Made by a program: the position numbers and the translations under genes. A DNA stretch of 64,000 bases from Iphione sp. A-MEVVRFRX5. Lineage: Eukaryota. The DNA lies in contig OZ320314.1 of NCBI GenBank assembly GCA_976226885.1, positions 98,580,001-98,644,000 on the forward strand, written 5' to 3'. The notes below the pieces were generated by a model. The model was not told where the DNA came from and made no database searches. It saw only the letters and a program-made list of their open reading frames with translations. This document shows positions 1 through 12,900 of the stretch, piece by piece (position 1 is the stretch's first letter; each line of letters begins with the position of its first letter).

Positions 1-3000
1 TACGGGAAGTCTTGATACTTAGACTGTTTGAACATGTTCACGGATAGACATTGATTTACCAAACACCCGATAAGGATGGCATGGAGAACAGGGGTATGGG
101 TAAAGCTCTGATTTATATTATGTTAACTTCTAGCGGTCTTTAGTCCTTCTCTTGCTGCGTCTCCTGGAAGCTTGCTTGGTGTGCTCCCACCTTGGGGGAC
201 TGCTTGGTGCTGAAGGGGGCCGGGCGTGGGTGGTAGGGTAGGAAGAGCTGGGGAGGGGCAGGACTTGTTCGCGACGCCCAGCCAAGGAGTAGGAACTCCT
301 GCCAGAGTACCTCATTAGTGAGGCGTTGTCATCTCGTTCGCCGCCCGCCTGACAAGTGGCGCCACTCGCGCACACTCCGTTTGAATGGTGCCGCCGTTCA
401 TCCCCGCCGCTTCTCACCGCCCTTCGCTCGCCGTCGCGGCAGCCACTGCAGTCGTCGTCGTCGTCTCACCCTCCACACTTCCCCCTCCCCCCGCTCCTTT
501 CCCCCTACACTCTGCCTCGTGTCGCGCGCTCAGTGCCGCGTAATTAACGTCGCGCGAGCAGTCATCCCGCGGTTGGCGTCTGATGAGCAGCGCGCCGCGC
601 CGCCCCGCTTCCGTGCCGCGCCGCGCGCCCCCCGGCGCCGCCGCTGCCGCCGCGTCCCGTCGTCGAGTGTCCTCCACAGAGCTGCCGATTGTTCGTCGAG
701 GGGCTCCGCCTGTCAGGCTTGTCCTTTTCGCTGCTTGTGCGATGCAGTGCGGCAGTTGGGTCAGAAAGGGCGGGTCGCCATCTTTTGACGGTGGAAATGC
801 CCGGACACGATCAAGAAAACCTGGCATGTCACCCCTGGGCCCTTGTTACTTTGTTATTGCTATTAGCGTCACGTGGAGGAGCTCCATAATGAACAGATTT
901 GAGGTAGATGTAGTTTCATGGACGACTGCAAGCCGATTATCCAGAAAGCCACCAATTTTACCTGGTTAGAGGAGCACATAATTATAAACTAAGAGTGTTT
1001 CTATGATTATAAATAAGACTTCGTCAAATTTAGGTAATATTGATCAGCATGCATTATGTTAATCCCATTGTCAAAGTCAACATTGCCATTGATAATTTAT
1101 TTCAAGTTCAAATTGTGAATTAACATAGACAATCTTTTGTTCGTGGTGAATAGGAGAATCGTATAAATATGCATTATCTAAGGCCAACCAGGGTACAGCT
1201 ACATGGACGAAGAGTTAATGTCAGAAGTTCGTCGCACGGCAAGACAAAAGAAATGAAGTTGGTCCTGGCTAGGTCTCTGGCATCATTGGCTGTCGATGGG
1301 TGATGACCTGCTCAATGAGTGACTCAGGCATGGTAACTGAGCATCTGGCGTTGCCCAGGTACACACGACTTACAGTCGATTGAAACCACGTCAGCCGAGG
1401 TCTCCAGCTCAAACAACTCCTGTAATGTTTCTTTGACGGCCTTGTTCCGTGCACCAAAAGCTTTCTTCTCTTTCCCTTTATGTACCTAACATTTGATGGC
1501 CCGAAGTCTTAACTGTAAAACAATATACTAGTAGTTAAAAGTTGCCCTTCATTGATTCACATGGTTACTACATGGTTTTATTTGTATGATTTACCAGTTT
1601 CTTTTTCATAAAAGACATGAGTGACTAGTTACAGCTGCGTTTGTTTAATCTACAATGTACATGTATATCTTAAGATTTCATTTAAACATGTCTGATGCAT
1701 CAAGGATCAACCCTCAAACAGGACAATGTTGATGAAGCAAAACTAATTTTATACATATCGATTTCATCTGGATATCCTCCTAATGTTGGCTATATCTAAG
1801 GAAATGGGTGATCCAGATAAAACTGAAAGGCATTTACATACCAACCATACTCAATGCGACAAGGGTCATATCGGGGTTCGGGTTTGGCAAAAAACATGAC
1901 GCTTTTAGAGCAATGGATCGTTCTATACATGTACTTGACTGTAGGTGCATGAGGGTGTCCCCATTGATGATCGGATTGGTCGATGTTGACAAAAGGCCAG
2001 TGTCTGTCACGCAATCCCAGGTGGGAAGATAAGTCACCTGTCACCAGCTTGACATGCAGGGTCCGCTGCGATCTCAATGAAGACTGACTTTATTTATCTA
2101 CTTACACAAGGTCACACGGCAACTTCTAGGCTTTTACTCCATGATCGTCTCAGATTCGGGTCAATTTGACCCCATGTTTAATCGAAATATACTAAGACAG
2201 CCGAGCGATAGTCAAGCTGATGAGTTTTTTCCTCTTTCCTATAGACATGCATAGTCCAGACTGATTTCCTGAGCGCGGGCAGAGCCTGTATCCTCCATAA
2301 AGTCAGTTCAAATGGATCCATTGAGACAGCAGGGATTGTGGAAACGGAGTTGTAAATGAATGTATTGCCGTTTGGGGACAGTTTTGTTGAATAGATTATG
2401 GCATTTTCTGGCACAATACAAGGGCATGCGGTCACTTGTACATTTATCGTGCAATTGCTTGTGTTTTTCCTTAAGTAATAAACATAATTTAAGAATACCG
2501 ATATATAAATGGCAGAATGTTTACTTCTATTCTTTTCGATACAGGGATCCCTAAAGTAAGCATTAATTAGTGCTGTGATTTGATTGATCGAACTGAGATT
2601 GTGATAAGAGTGAACCTAATGGAACACTTTCCGGTGAACTATCTTCAATGTTTCAATGTAATCTTCAAAGTTCTGTGTATTGGTTACATCTCACAATGCC
2701 TGTCATAAAGTTCCATGAGGAATTCTCGAATGTTATTGAATTTTTACCTTTCATACTCTACCATACATTTTTCATTAAGAATCCTCATAGTTTTCTGTAT
2801 TGGTTACATTTCACACAATCTGTGTTTGAAACTGAATCTGTAGTGGTTTGTCAAGTCAACCAAACTCATATTTCAGTACATGATATCTTTTGTGTGGGCT
2901 CTGCGGTTTTGTGGTCTCTGGCGAATCTCTACCTTGGTCACTCGTCACAGACGTTCACGGACGTGCTCCTGTAGTAGTTCCCCAAATAGGGCAGGCAACC

Positions 3001-4129
3001 TGAAGGGTAAAGAGGAGAGTGGGGTGTAGATGGTGGGCGTGTGACATGGTTTGGCACGTGGAAGACGTAGTCAATAAGAGAATGGGGCACGGGATTAGAG
3101 CTTGGGCGACGACAGACCTAACCGGCTGTTGAATGGAAGAGAGTGTCTTAGCCTGCGGGTCTGCCTCCCCATTCGGGCCGCTCACTTTGTTCCTCAAGTC
3201 ACCAAGTCAGCACGCGGTCGATGTCAGCTCGACATGCCACGTGCTACCAGCGACGCCCAAGCCCAGCCAGAGAAAATGCCAAAATGCTATTCAGGCCAGG
3301 GAACCCCACGGTCCATTGACTCTAAACTCGTCGTAAATTTGTGGTTTGTGAAATGATATAGATAATAGATATAGACATCTCCTATAAGAAAAAAGAGGTT
3401 TTAAAAAGTTCCCTCCTCTCCTTTTGTTTCCACAAATGAGTTCTGTGTGCGTTTGTGTGTGTCTGTGTGTGTTTGGAGTGCATGCAGAAACGAACGTTTG
3501 TTTAGCCACCCTCTTTGCAGCCCCCTGCAAGGGGTATTTCCTTTATTGTGTGCTTAGTAGGCAAATTTCTTTGTAAATCTCTTGAAACTGATCCATACAC
3601 TGTGTAAACTATGCAGATTATTGAGTACATTTCTTTTGCAAATGTTCTCACCTATGCTACCCTGTATCTTACCATATGTGCTGCTTGATTTTATACACTT
3701 CTCTGCAGTGTATTGCACGAAATTTGTGGTCGTTTCAGGCAATGCACAAAAATATATACTAAGTGCAATGATATGTGAGCATTATATGTAATAAATGTAA
3801 CTGTCACTGATCTTGATTTTTTTAATTTTTTTATCCTGGCAGTCCAATGGTGCCAGCGTATTCTACTACAATGCATTAATAGGGTTGGGGTTTTCTATGT
3901 ACACGTAAAAATACAGAACTTAATGCTAGATATACAATATCTATATAGTAGATATGAGTTTGAATTACTTACATATATACAAAGAGTGGATTAGATAATA
4001 CTACAACAATATATTATTACAAAGTGCATTTAAGAATGATATTCCATCACATAACAATTCATGGGACTCTCCAATTGTCCTTCATTAGTTTGTTGAGAAG
4101 AAGTTTTTTAAACCTGTTCTTTGGCAAAA

Positions 4130-4964
4130 TATTAATTGCTTTTTCTAGCTTGTTCTGTAATGATGTTGCAAATACATTGGGCTAATGTGTACATTGTTAG
4201 CCTCGGTTTTTTACATAATAAATTAGGATTCCTCATAGAGGTCTGGTGCAGAAGCTCAGTGTTACAAGGTTGCAGAGCATCGAAATTCATACACAATGAG
4301 TAATACCTGCTCCTACATCCTAATGATAATATTGGGTGCTTGTGCATAATTTCTCTGTCACAATGATAGTTTCTAGTCACAATTCAAATAGCCTTTACCA
4401 GCTCTTTTTCAAGTTTAATGAAGTGTCGAGAACCATGGCAGTGAATACTACCAATGAAGAAGTCTAAGTTAGGGTTGAAGAAGGATTTCAAAATTCTGAA
4501 TGCAGTTTCTGCATTTGAGACTGCTCTTAGATATCGGAGCAGGTTTGGTTGCCCAAAAGACTTAATGATTTTATTCTTTAACTCCTCTTTGAATGTGAGA
4601 TATCTGTCGATTCTATGCCCTAGGTATTTGAAAGAGTTCACCTGATTTATCCCTTATTTATGAAAAGTAATATTGAGGTCGAAATTTCTGTTCTTCTTTC
4701 TTGTGGTACAAAGAAACATTGCCTTAGTTTTTTATTCATTTATAGAGATACCTTTGGCTATGCACCCCTTTCTAATTCCACCAGGTCCTCATTCAGCATG
4801 CTTTCAATTACCTTGGGATTCTTATGACGTACTAACAAGGTGTCATCGGCATATAATACATCATGACTATGTTTTATATTTTCAATGCTGTCATTGATGA
4901 AGAGACTGAGTAGTGTAGGGCCCAGTATACTTTCCTGGGGTATCTCTACGCATAATAGGATCAA
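4130..4964 (-). mobile_element. Decayed 5'-truncated non-LTR retrotransposon (CR1/L2 group) RT and C-terminus
   Basis: Fragments IPQESILGPTLLSLFIND..YADDT (RT), WCIAKGISINE*KTKAMF, NSFKYLGHRIDRYLTF, HQTSMRNPNLLCKKPR, with stops and frameshifts. Confidence 0.88.
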
Positions 4965-6861
4965 ACATAATATAACCTCTCCTAGTGATTATATGCCTAT
5001 TAGACAAGTAATTGGATAACCATGGCATTGCACTACCAAAGCCTAGTAATTGTAACTTCTTTAGCAGTACTTCACGTTGTATACATGCATATTAACATCT
5101 ACATGTATATCTATTTATTCATTTCTGTGGTCATGTATCAGCCGTTCACAGCGTGTTCTGCCACACGAAGACTGATGAATGTATTCAGTCCTGCTCCAAA
5201 TCGGGCCGTTTAACGCGTTGGCACCGCCCGGACGCCGCCGGCAGTGCGAGATGATTAGCTCACACACCACGCGGGGGCGCCACGACTAGCGAGGGCGGCC
5301 CACTGTGAAACGCGGGTGCCATGAAGTGGCAACGCCGAACGCTTTAGCGTCCGCAGTGAGAGCGACGATTGCGGTTAAGACGAGGTTAATCCACTAGCAA
5401 GTAGCGGATTGTCCCTTTCGCTTAACGCCGATAGAGGGGGCTAAGGACGCCGGTCCTCTGGAGCTGTCCGCGCACCATTCAGCGACTCGAGAGAAAACGT
5501 TAAATGTTCCGTTAAATACTCACAGTAAGCGCTCCCCTTCACGGACACCACGACCCCCTGGCCCCCTACACACTCACAACCTATTGCGTTCCAAAGTCTT
5601 AGCGTTGGCATCAAGAGGTAGGCAGCGAATAGCCTTGTCCGGATACCTTTCTCCGACGACCGGACCACCTGCTTGCTGTTGATGCTCAACAATGAGTGGT
5701 AACGGTGTGGTTTGGGGGTTTCCGACGTTGTGCTATTGCTTTGCACCAGTCGGCCGAAATTGTCGTTGTGTTTTTTTTCCCGTCCTACGGTGTCCATGTT
5801 CACACGCGTTCCAGTCAAGTCTGAAACATGCTTTAAAACTACATCGCCAGGCTAAGTCAGTCGTGAGGAATAGGCCATGCTAGGATTTACTGGCACTCAG
5901 TTCCTGAGACAGAGCAGGTTTCTCGTCACTTTAGCTGTTATTGCAGACGACATTTCAGTTGTCGGTCTCCTTGATCTATACGTGCAGATTCACGCATCCG
6001 TTAAGTATGTCTTCCCGCCAATACCAAACTTTCTGTTTCGTGACCTAATATTCGATTAAATACATGTAATTTCATCCTATGCATGTATCAATTCAGGAAC
6101 CTCTGTACTGGCGAAAAGCTTACAGACATGGATAAATAAATCGGAGGGAGAGAAAGATAAGGAGATTGAAAGCAGGAGACGCAATAATAATTTTGAATGA
6201 GATAAGTCCAATTCAATACCCAAGTGCGACCGGGATACTCTTCACAATGGACATTCCCTTCAAATGAATGAAGGAAAATAATAATGTAGAACAACGTAGA
6301 ATATGAAGCATGCATGGTACACAAAGTAAATACAGATAGTGTGGTAAGTGAGGGCAAACGGAAATAATGGGATGGATAGCAAGCGGAACCATAGCCAGCC
6401 GGCAGAATGGGCGGCGAAATAGACATGTTGAATTTTCCAATGACCAATGACCCCTCTGGACCAATTACAACGAGTATGTGCGCAGGGAACCCAAGCCATC
6501 AGCGGCCAAGTGGATGCCACTACGCTAATTGGCCTTGAGCGGTGGCCGAAGAGACGGAGGGCACTACTTCCTCAATGCCAGCCACCAGCTGGTAATCAAC
6601 TTGACTGCCGCGCAAAATGATGTATAATCATTTCTACAAACAAGCCGACCCACTCTCCGCTCGGGGAAAAACCGCTGGCCTGAATGCATAACGAGGGACG
6701 TGGGCGCAGGGCGCGCGTGAGAGCGGCTGCGTGCGCGGCTGTGTGCGATGATGGCGGCGTCAGTGAGCCCTGTTTGTTCGTCTCTCAGCTTGTAGTGCCT
6801 GTTTGGTCTGCCTCTGGTTTTGTGTTTGATAGTCGCAAGCGCCCATTCTCTCTCCCCGCCG

Positions 6862-6903
<42 letters not shown>

Positions 6904-6950
6904 TCCTCTCTCTCTCTCCCATCTCTCTATCTCGCTCTCTGTCTCTCTTC
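6862..6950 (+). repeat. (CT)n microsatellite, imperfect
   Basis: Directly visible. Confidence 0.95.
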
Positions 6951-9339
6951 GGATCTTTCACTCTTTCTACCTCCGCCTGACAGACATCATCATCATTAAC
7001 TTTAAACACGCTGCCTCCCGAAAGGTGGGATTAGGGATAGGCCTGGGAATTGGAAAATAGCCTTTTAAAGGGTGTATTGTCACGCGAGCCGAATGATATG
7101 CCTGGCGACCACAGTGGTTTGATTACGCGTGGACGCCCAGCCGTATGTTTGTTATTGTTTCGGAATAATCAAACCTCCTTTTGATTCCCACCATACAATG
7201 ACCATGATCACACTATAAATCCCAAGGATTCGGCAAATCGACCCATTCAACAATTTATATCAATGCACAGAGATGGTAATACGATTGTTTGTCAAAATTT
7301 CGATTACATTTACGGGTGTATCAAATTTAAATCAAAATTATCTCAGCAAGTCTTGTTTCAAGAAGGAAACAGTCGATGTTTTGATAATCCAGTCATTTAC
7401 TGACATATATGGATGACGGTCACCAGTGTCCTTGGTCGAATATTGCCTTTAAAGCTTCTACTGAACAAAGGTCAGTGAGCTTTTTATACGCTTGCAATTC
7501 TATTTTCTCCTGGCCCTGCCTTTGAGATAACCGCCGCTCATAAGCTGATGCTCTGCAGTGGCCGCAGGGGGTCCTCTCCGTGCGCCACACCGCCCCCTTC
7601 CTCGCCCCCGGGCCAAGCATCGCCGCAACGACCGGCGATTAAATATTTAAGGTCCTTGCCATCGAGTGCCTGGACGCGAGCAAGCAGGGTAAGAGGCGGC
7701 AGCACCGGCCCTGAGAGGCCGGCTGAGATTGCTATGAGGACGACTGGGTACTGGCTTCCGCCCCTGTTCGGGGTCCTTTCATCTGACGGCCAGTATTTGG
7801 TCAGGGGACAGTGAACACCCGGCCGCACCAGCAAGTCGGGCCTCTCAGCATCAAGTCCACTGTTGTCCTGATAACCCCCTACTCCGTCACACACCAATAC
7901 CTTACCCCCCCCCCACACACACACACACGCAGACATCACCACCGCCACCAGCCGCCATCACTATAGGTAGCACCACCCGTGTCAAATGTAGTAATACATG
8001 TACATGTACACATCAGTAACTATAAACCCCACCGCCACCACCACTGGAGTCATGTCTATACCCTACTCACATCTTTTGACAGCTGAGCCATCGTTCCCCA
8101 GTGCACAGGAGTGACACTGGCAGGGGAGTCGCACCCTCATCAGTACTGGATGAGATGCCCAGAAGGCTCCTCTTCACTTCTAGCTAGGCAGTGGTGATAG
8201 CCTATGGAGGAGGGTTATGTGGAGGCGAGGAGGGTGAGGGAAGAGTGTTGATGCGACCGGATAAGGTCAGATGCCTTGAGGCATAGTGTCATCCATTGAG
8301 TTAACAGAAAATTCAACTGAATTCGGCAACACTTGTGACTGGTTATTTATGATATTTATTTAGCCAAGAGGTAACGCTGTAGCCATATCAAAGACTTAAC
8401 GCTAACAAATTAACCAAATATCCATGCTTTTCTTCAAGTTCTCTCTCTTTGGTATATGATTTTTAAATCACAAATTCAAAAAGACAACGGACAAGAGGTC
8501 GTTTTTTAGTTTTCATAAGATTCCGTGAATATTTGGCCCCGCCCAAGGAAGGTGATGAGTGACAGCTCAACATCCCTAACCAACCCCACTCCAACCCCCA
8601 CCCTACACGCACCCCCCACCACCTACAACTCCCACGAGACATTGTGGTCACGGCAACGGACGCTCCGAGGATTAATCATGAGATTAATTAAGGATCAATC
8701 CGGTTTGACAATGATAATTATCCCCTGCAAACATGACCGCCGAGACCAGCCTGTCGGCTGCTGGCATGTGATTTATTGAATCACACAATAACACTGTGAT
8801 GGAATTGATTGCAAAACCATTATCTGAAAACGTATCTCTTTATTCAGACACGGCGGGCTTTGGGGGTTTTATTAGCACCAGAGATTTGCCATTGTTTTGA
8901 TATGTTTCACGCGTGTGTCGCAGTCGATAAAACGTGCACCTCATGCGTTAAACACCCGTCGCTTTGGTGTAAGTAGTAGAAAAATGTTTCATTGGCACTG
9001 GGTTGAAACAAGCGCCGATCACATCTAATTCGCAATGTAAAACACTTCAGTGAGATACCCGGCTGTATAGCACGTCTGAGGATAGAGAAAACATAGAGGT
9101 GAGTTGTTAGATAGAGAACATATTGTCATCTTGTTCGCATTGTCATCCCTGACAAGGGACGCCTTGCCGCGTTCTATAGTCAAAGACGCTCGACACAAAG
9201 CTTCACTCCTCCTCGTAAACCGCACCGTATGTACAGCCAACGGACGCCAACTTGTCGTTGACCTGTCAGGTTGGCGCCTAAACCACGTTCCGCTCGCTGT
9301 GCCGCTGGTCCTCTTTATCTCTTAGACCTTTCTCTACGG

Positions 9340-9917
9340 TGCCATTGTCTCCGCTCAACCCACGCCCACCTTCTCCTGTCCGCCCATCGTTGCCCACCTC
9401 GGACCTTCCCGCCCAGAGCAGCCGCTCGCCGATGAATATTCATGAGGCGGCGCCCGCCCAATCGGGGCGCCGCATGCGGCGGGGGGACGGCCAGCTGCGT
9501 CTTTCCCAGGGCGGCGGACTATAATCGCTGGGTCTCTCTAGGTCCCGACTCCTTCTCCATCCGACGAGAGAAGTGCCGAGAGCATCCATCCCTCCGGCTA
9601 GCGTTGTACGTCCGGCTCTCCGCTGAGCGCCATATTCCACGCGCCGACCGTTGACCCGTTGCTCCCTCGCACACTCCACTCGCTCCCGATCGCCGCGCGC
9701 GCGGAGCGACCGTGGGTGGCGACTGGGATATCATTCGTTTCCGGCGTCGCGCTCGACGATCTTTCCACGCCGTGGTCGCGGTTGCGGCCGAGCGGAAGTC
9801 GGCGTGCGTCAGCCGACGTTGGGCGTGCTTTGTACAGTATAGCTATCCTAGAACTATTGACTTTGTCGTCTACACAGCCAGATCTTAACGAACCCCACCC
9901 TCGCCGCCTGGAGAGCT
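9340..9917 (+). promoter_or_regulatory. CpG-rich promoter/5' UTR of the NR2E6-like gene
   Basis: CpG-dense island ending in an ATG-bearing exon with a strong donor. Contains CCAAT at 9458-9462 next to a GC-box-like sequence, and 12-bp palindromes ATGAATATTCAT (9432-9443) and GCCGCATGCGGC (9469-9480). Confidence 0.5.
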
Positions 9918-9945
9918 ATGACCACAACTGCCGACAGTATTTCAG
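9918..9945 (+). CDS. NR2E6: Probable distal first coding exon of the NR2E6-like receptor (MTTTADSIS + phase-1 G)
   Basis: ATG 9918 is the first ATG after an in-frame TGA (9858). Strong donor TCAG|GTAAGA after 9945. The phase-1 end joins the acceptor at 24478 in frame ([27 protein letters not shown]). It lies at the 3' edge of a CpG-rich promoter-like island. Inferred, with no transcript support. Confidence 0.6.
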
Positions 9946-12900
9946 GTAAGATATCCATATGTGAAGAGTAAAGACTCCAGATTTACGGACTGAGTTCATT
10001 TACATGTGCTACATCGAGTTCAAAGGAACATAATGTTGTGATTGGTAGAAACGCGGTATCCTGAATTCGTAGTTCACTAACGTTACTTCCATTTGACATG
10101 ATTCCTTAACAGCCTGTCCTTGTGTACATGAAGTTGAGAGTATGCATGATTAATTAGCCGGGAATTACATGTAATAGTTTCATGGATATTGGACTTGATT
10201 CGGTGGTTGTAGTACAATACATTATTTCCATCAAATTACGTATCGATAGGACTGTATGATATCACAAAGTGCTATTCTTTGAATGATATCTCCTTAACTT
10301 GTTTGTCTTTGTGTCGGCTGTACATGTATAAATAGCATGTGAATCAGGGAATTATATTAAAATCTTCATGAGACAGAAATAATGTATATTTCAGAAAAAT
10401 GCAAACATTTTCATAATTCGTGTTTGTTGACCTGGTAAAAGAAACGATCCTTACATCATAAAAGAGTAGGCCTATTTGTCTTGACTTCGTATTTCCACAT
10501 GATGTTTCGAAAGGGAATATTTGAAATCACACCAAGTGCTTATATACCTAAATTCACTCCTGGTTAGAATTTGATACAATGTAATTTAAGGTACTTACTT
10601 GCATATTCTATTACTTGGATGCACCATTTTTATTCATTATGGGTGCAAAGCGAGAAAGACACGGAAACATGTTTAAAAGTAGAGGCAGTATCATACGAAC
10701 ACGAGACCCTCAGGGTAGTCTCTTTTGCAGGCAGATATATATATATTTATATATTATAATGTTTATTTCACACTGGGGGTGAGAGAGGCTTGCAGTCTTA
10801 CAGTTCAAGTTATTTTGCAATGAAGCATATATATCATGAATGCAAACAATGCAACCAATATACTTATACAATATACAAGACAGAAAACGATTGCTTATAT
10901 TTAGGTTGTGTCTCCTTGGAAAGTAGCGATAGTGATAGAAATAATCATTATTAGTTTATTTCTGCAGGAAGTGGCAGAAAGTGACAATGAAAAAATGGTC
11001 GAGAATGGGAGTTAAACTCAGTACCAATGATTTCATATTAAGATATGGTGAATAGTGAGTTGGTGAGTTGTGAGAATGTATCCATATTCAGTGCAACACG
11101 TAGTAGTTCCATAGAGTGTTTGTGGAGAAAAAAAGATAAGGACATATAGAGAGAGAGCTAACTGTGAAAGACTATTTCAGTCCCTTTGAAGCATGTAGTT
11201 GGTCCTTGAGGTTAAATGTTATGCATACCAATTAGTGATACTTCTTCCTACATTGTTTCCCAAGTTACGAAAGTCCGCTTCTTATAACTTAACATTCCGC
11301 GATATCGGTACCAAGCAGCCAACAATATCTTGACCAGTTCGACGATCCTTTGACGTCGCTGTATGAATATCATCTCAAGTACTTCAGGATTTAAAGTAAC
11401 GCAGAGCCGAGAGGCCAATTGGAAGGCCGTCCTCGAGCACTTTCTGTTGTTGGCGTTCTCGCCATCCTGTTAACATAAGGGGTGCTGTATATTATTCACA
11501 CCCACCACCACCATCAACACCACCCGCCCGCCCCGGTGTTTGGTCGCGCCTTGTTGACGCGCGACATTAGATCACCGCCCGCGCCGCCGCCGCCGCGTTG
11601 CCTTGCCGCCCGCAATCGGCCGCCGCTCAGTGGGATTTCCGCGGGCCCAGGGCACCTGTGATCTACCTCAGGCCAGTAGATTTGTGGATTAGCCAGCCGT
11701 CGATGAGGGTGTTTGCGGAGGCAGCTAGGGAGATCGGGACCAAAGACCACAGGCGTTAGGTTCTTAAGCTCCGGTGCGCGCCGACCGTGAGCGCCCAGCT
11801 ACAGTTGGCCGAGCCGGAAGGTTTACCCTGAGCAGAGCAACAGATCAATGTGAAAGTAAAGCAAATTTGATGTTTTATCCCTGCCACCAGACATTGTTGT
11901 TCTGATGTGTATAACACGCGAATGTTTGGATACGTTGGGGATACTTGTCTATCTGTACACCCAAACCGAAAGAATAGTACAGGTTATTCTTGAAAGGAGT
12001 GACCAAAAAATCTGCCGATCTCTTCCAAAGAATTTTGTTTACCAGGGCATAATGTTAAGATCAAGTGTCACACAGACCAGATGTACATTTTTCTTTCCTA
12101 CTTCGTGTTGTGGCGGTTTTTATTGAAAGGTAAGACAAGCTGATAGGAGGAGAGGGGGGTCGTCGGGGATCAGGCCGCCGCCTGAAGTGTGCTGGGGCCG
12201 GGAGATTATCAACTGGTCGCGGTCAACAGTGCGCCACCTGCGCCGTTCTCAAGGCTCCCGCCCGACCCGATCTCTGCCGTCCTTCCGCCCGAAGACGGCG
12301 CGGGCTGGACTCTTCTGTATATAGAACGGGGACTACATTAGATCTGTGGGCCCGAGGGCAGTGATGTAGTGGGATATTGTAATAGTTGCTATACCTCCAC
12401 TTACCAAAAAAGAAATCAGGATATTGTGGCGGCTTTGAAATTCAAATGGTATTGTAGTATTGTGGTGTGGGGTCGACCATATTCAGAATAGAAGATACGG
12501 CTCTCAGGAGGTCGGAACTATAGGCATATAACTTTGTTAACTTTGCGGGGCATAGGCCGCCTAGTCAGAATGAAAAGGAAGGTGATTTCAGCATAAATCG
12601 CCACACTAATGTACTGTTGAGGAAAACTTATATGCCGTTTTCGACGTTACCGCAAATCCTGATACAAATCATCATTTCCAAAGAATATGCGCGGTTGTTT
12701 TCTTGTGTCCAAAATAGATAGGACTGATGGACGACAGTAAGTGTAGACACACGAAGAAAACATAACATACTATCTGGCATTATGTTTGCGATTTACATTA
12801 TACATTTAAGACAATATCAGCTCAATGATTTCAATGACCTTTTTTTCATTATGCGTTTGTATTTCACTACATGCAAGAAAAATTAGTTCATAAATTTAAA

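Noticed and set aside
7065-7453. TTAAAGG...CCTTTAA pair suggesting a Kolobok-type element
   Set aside because: Complementarity does not extend beyond 7 nt, and the same words occur unpaired elsewhere.
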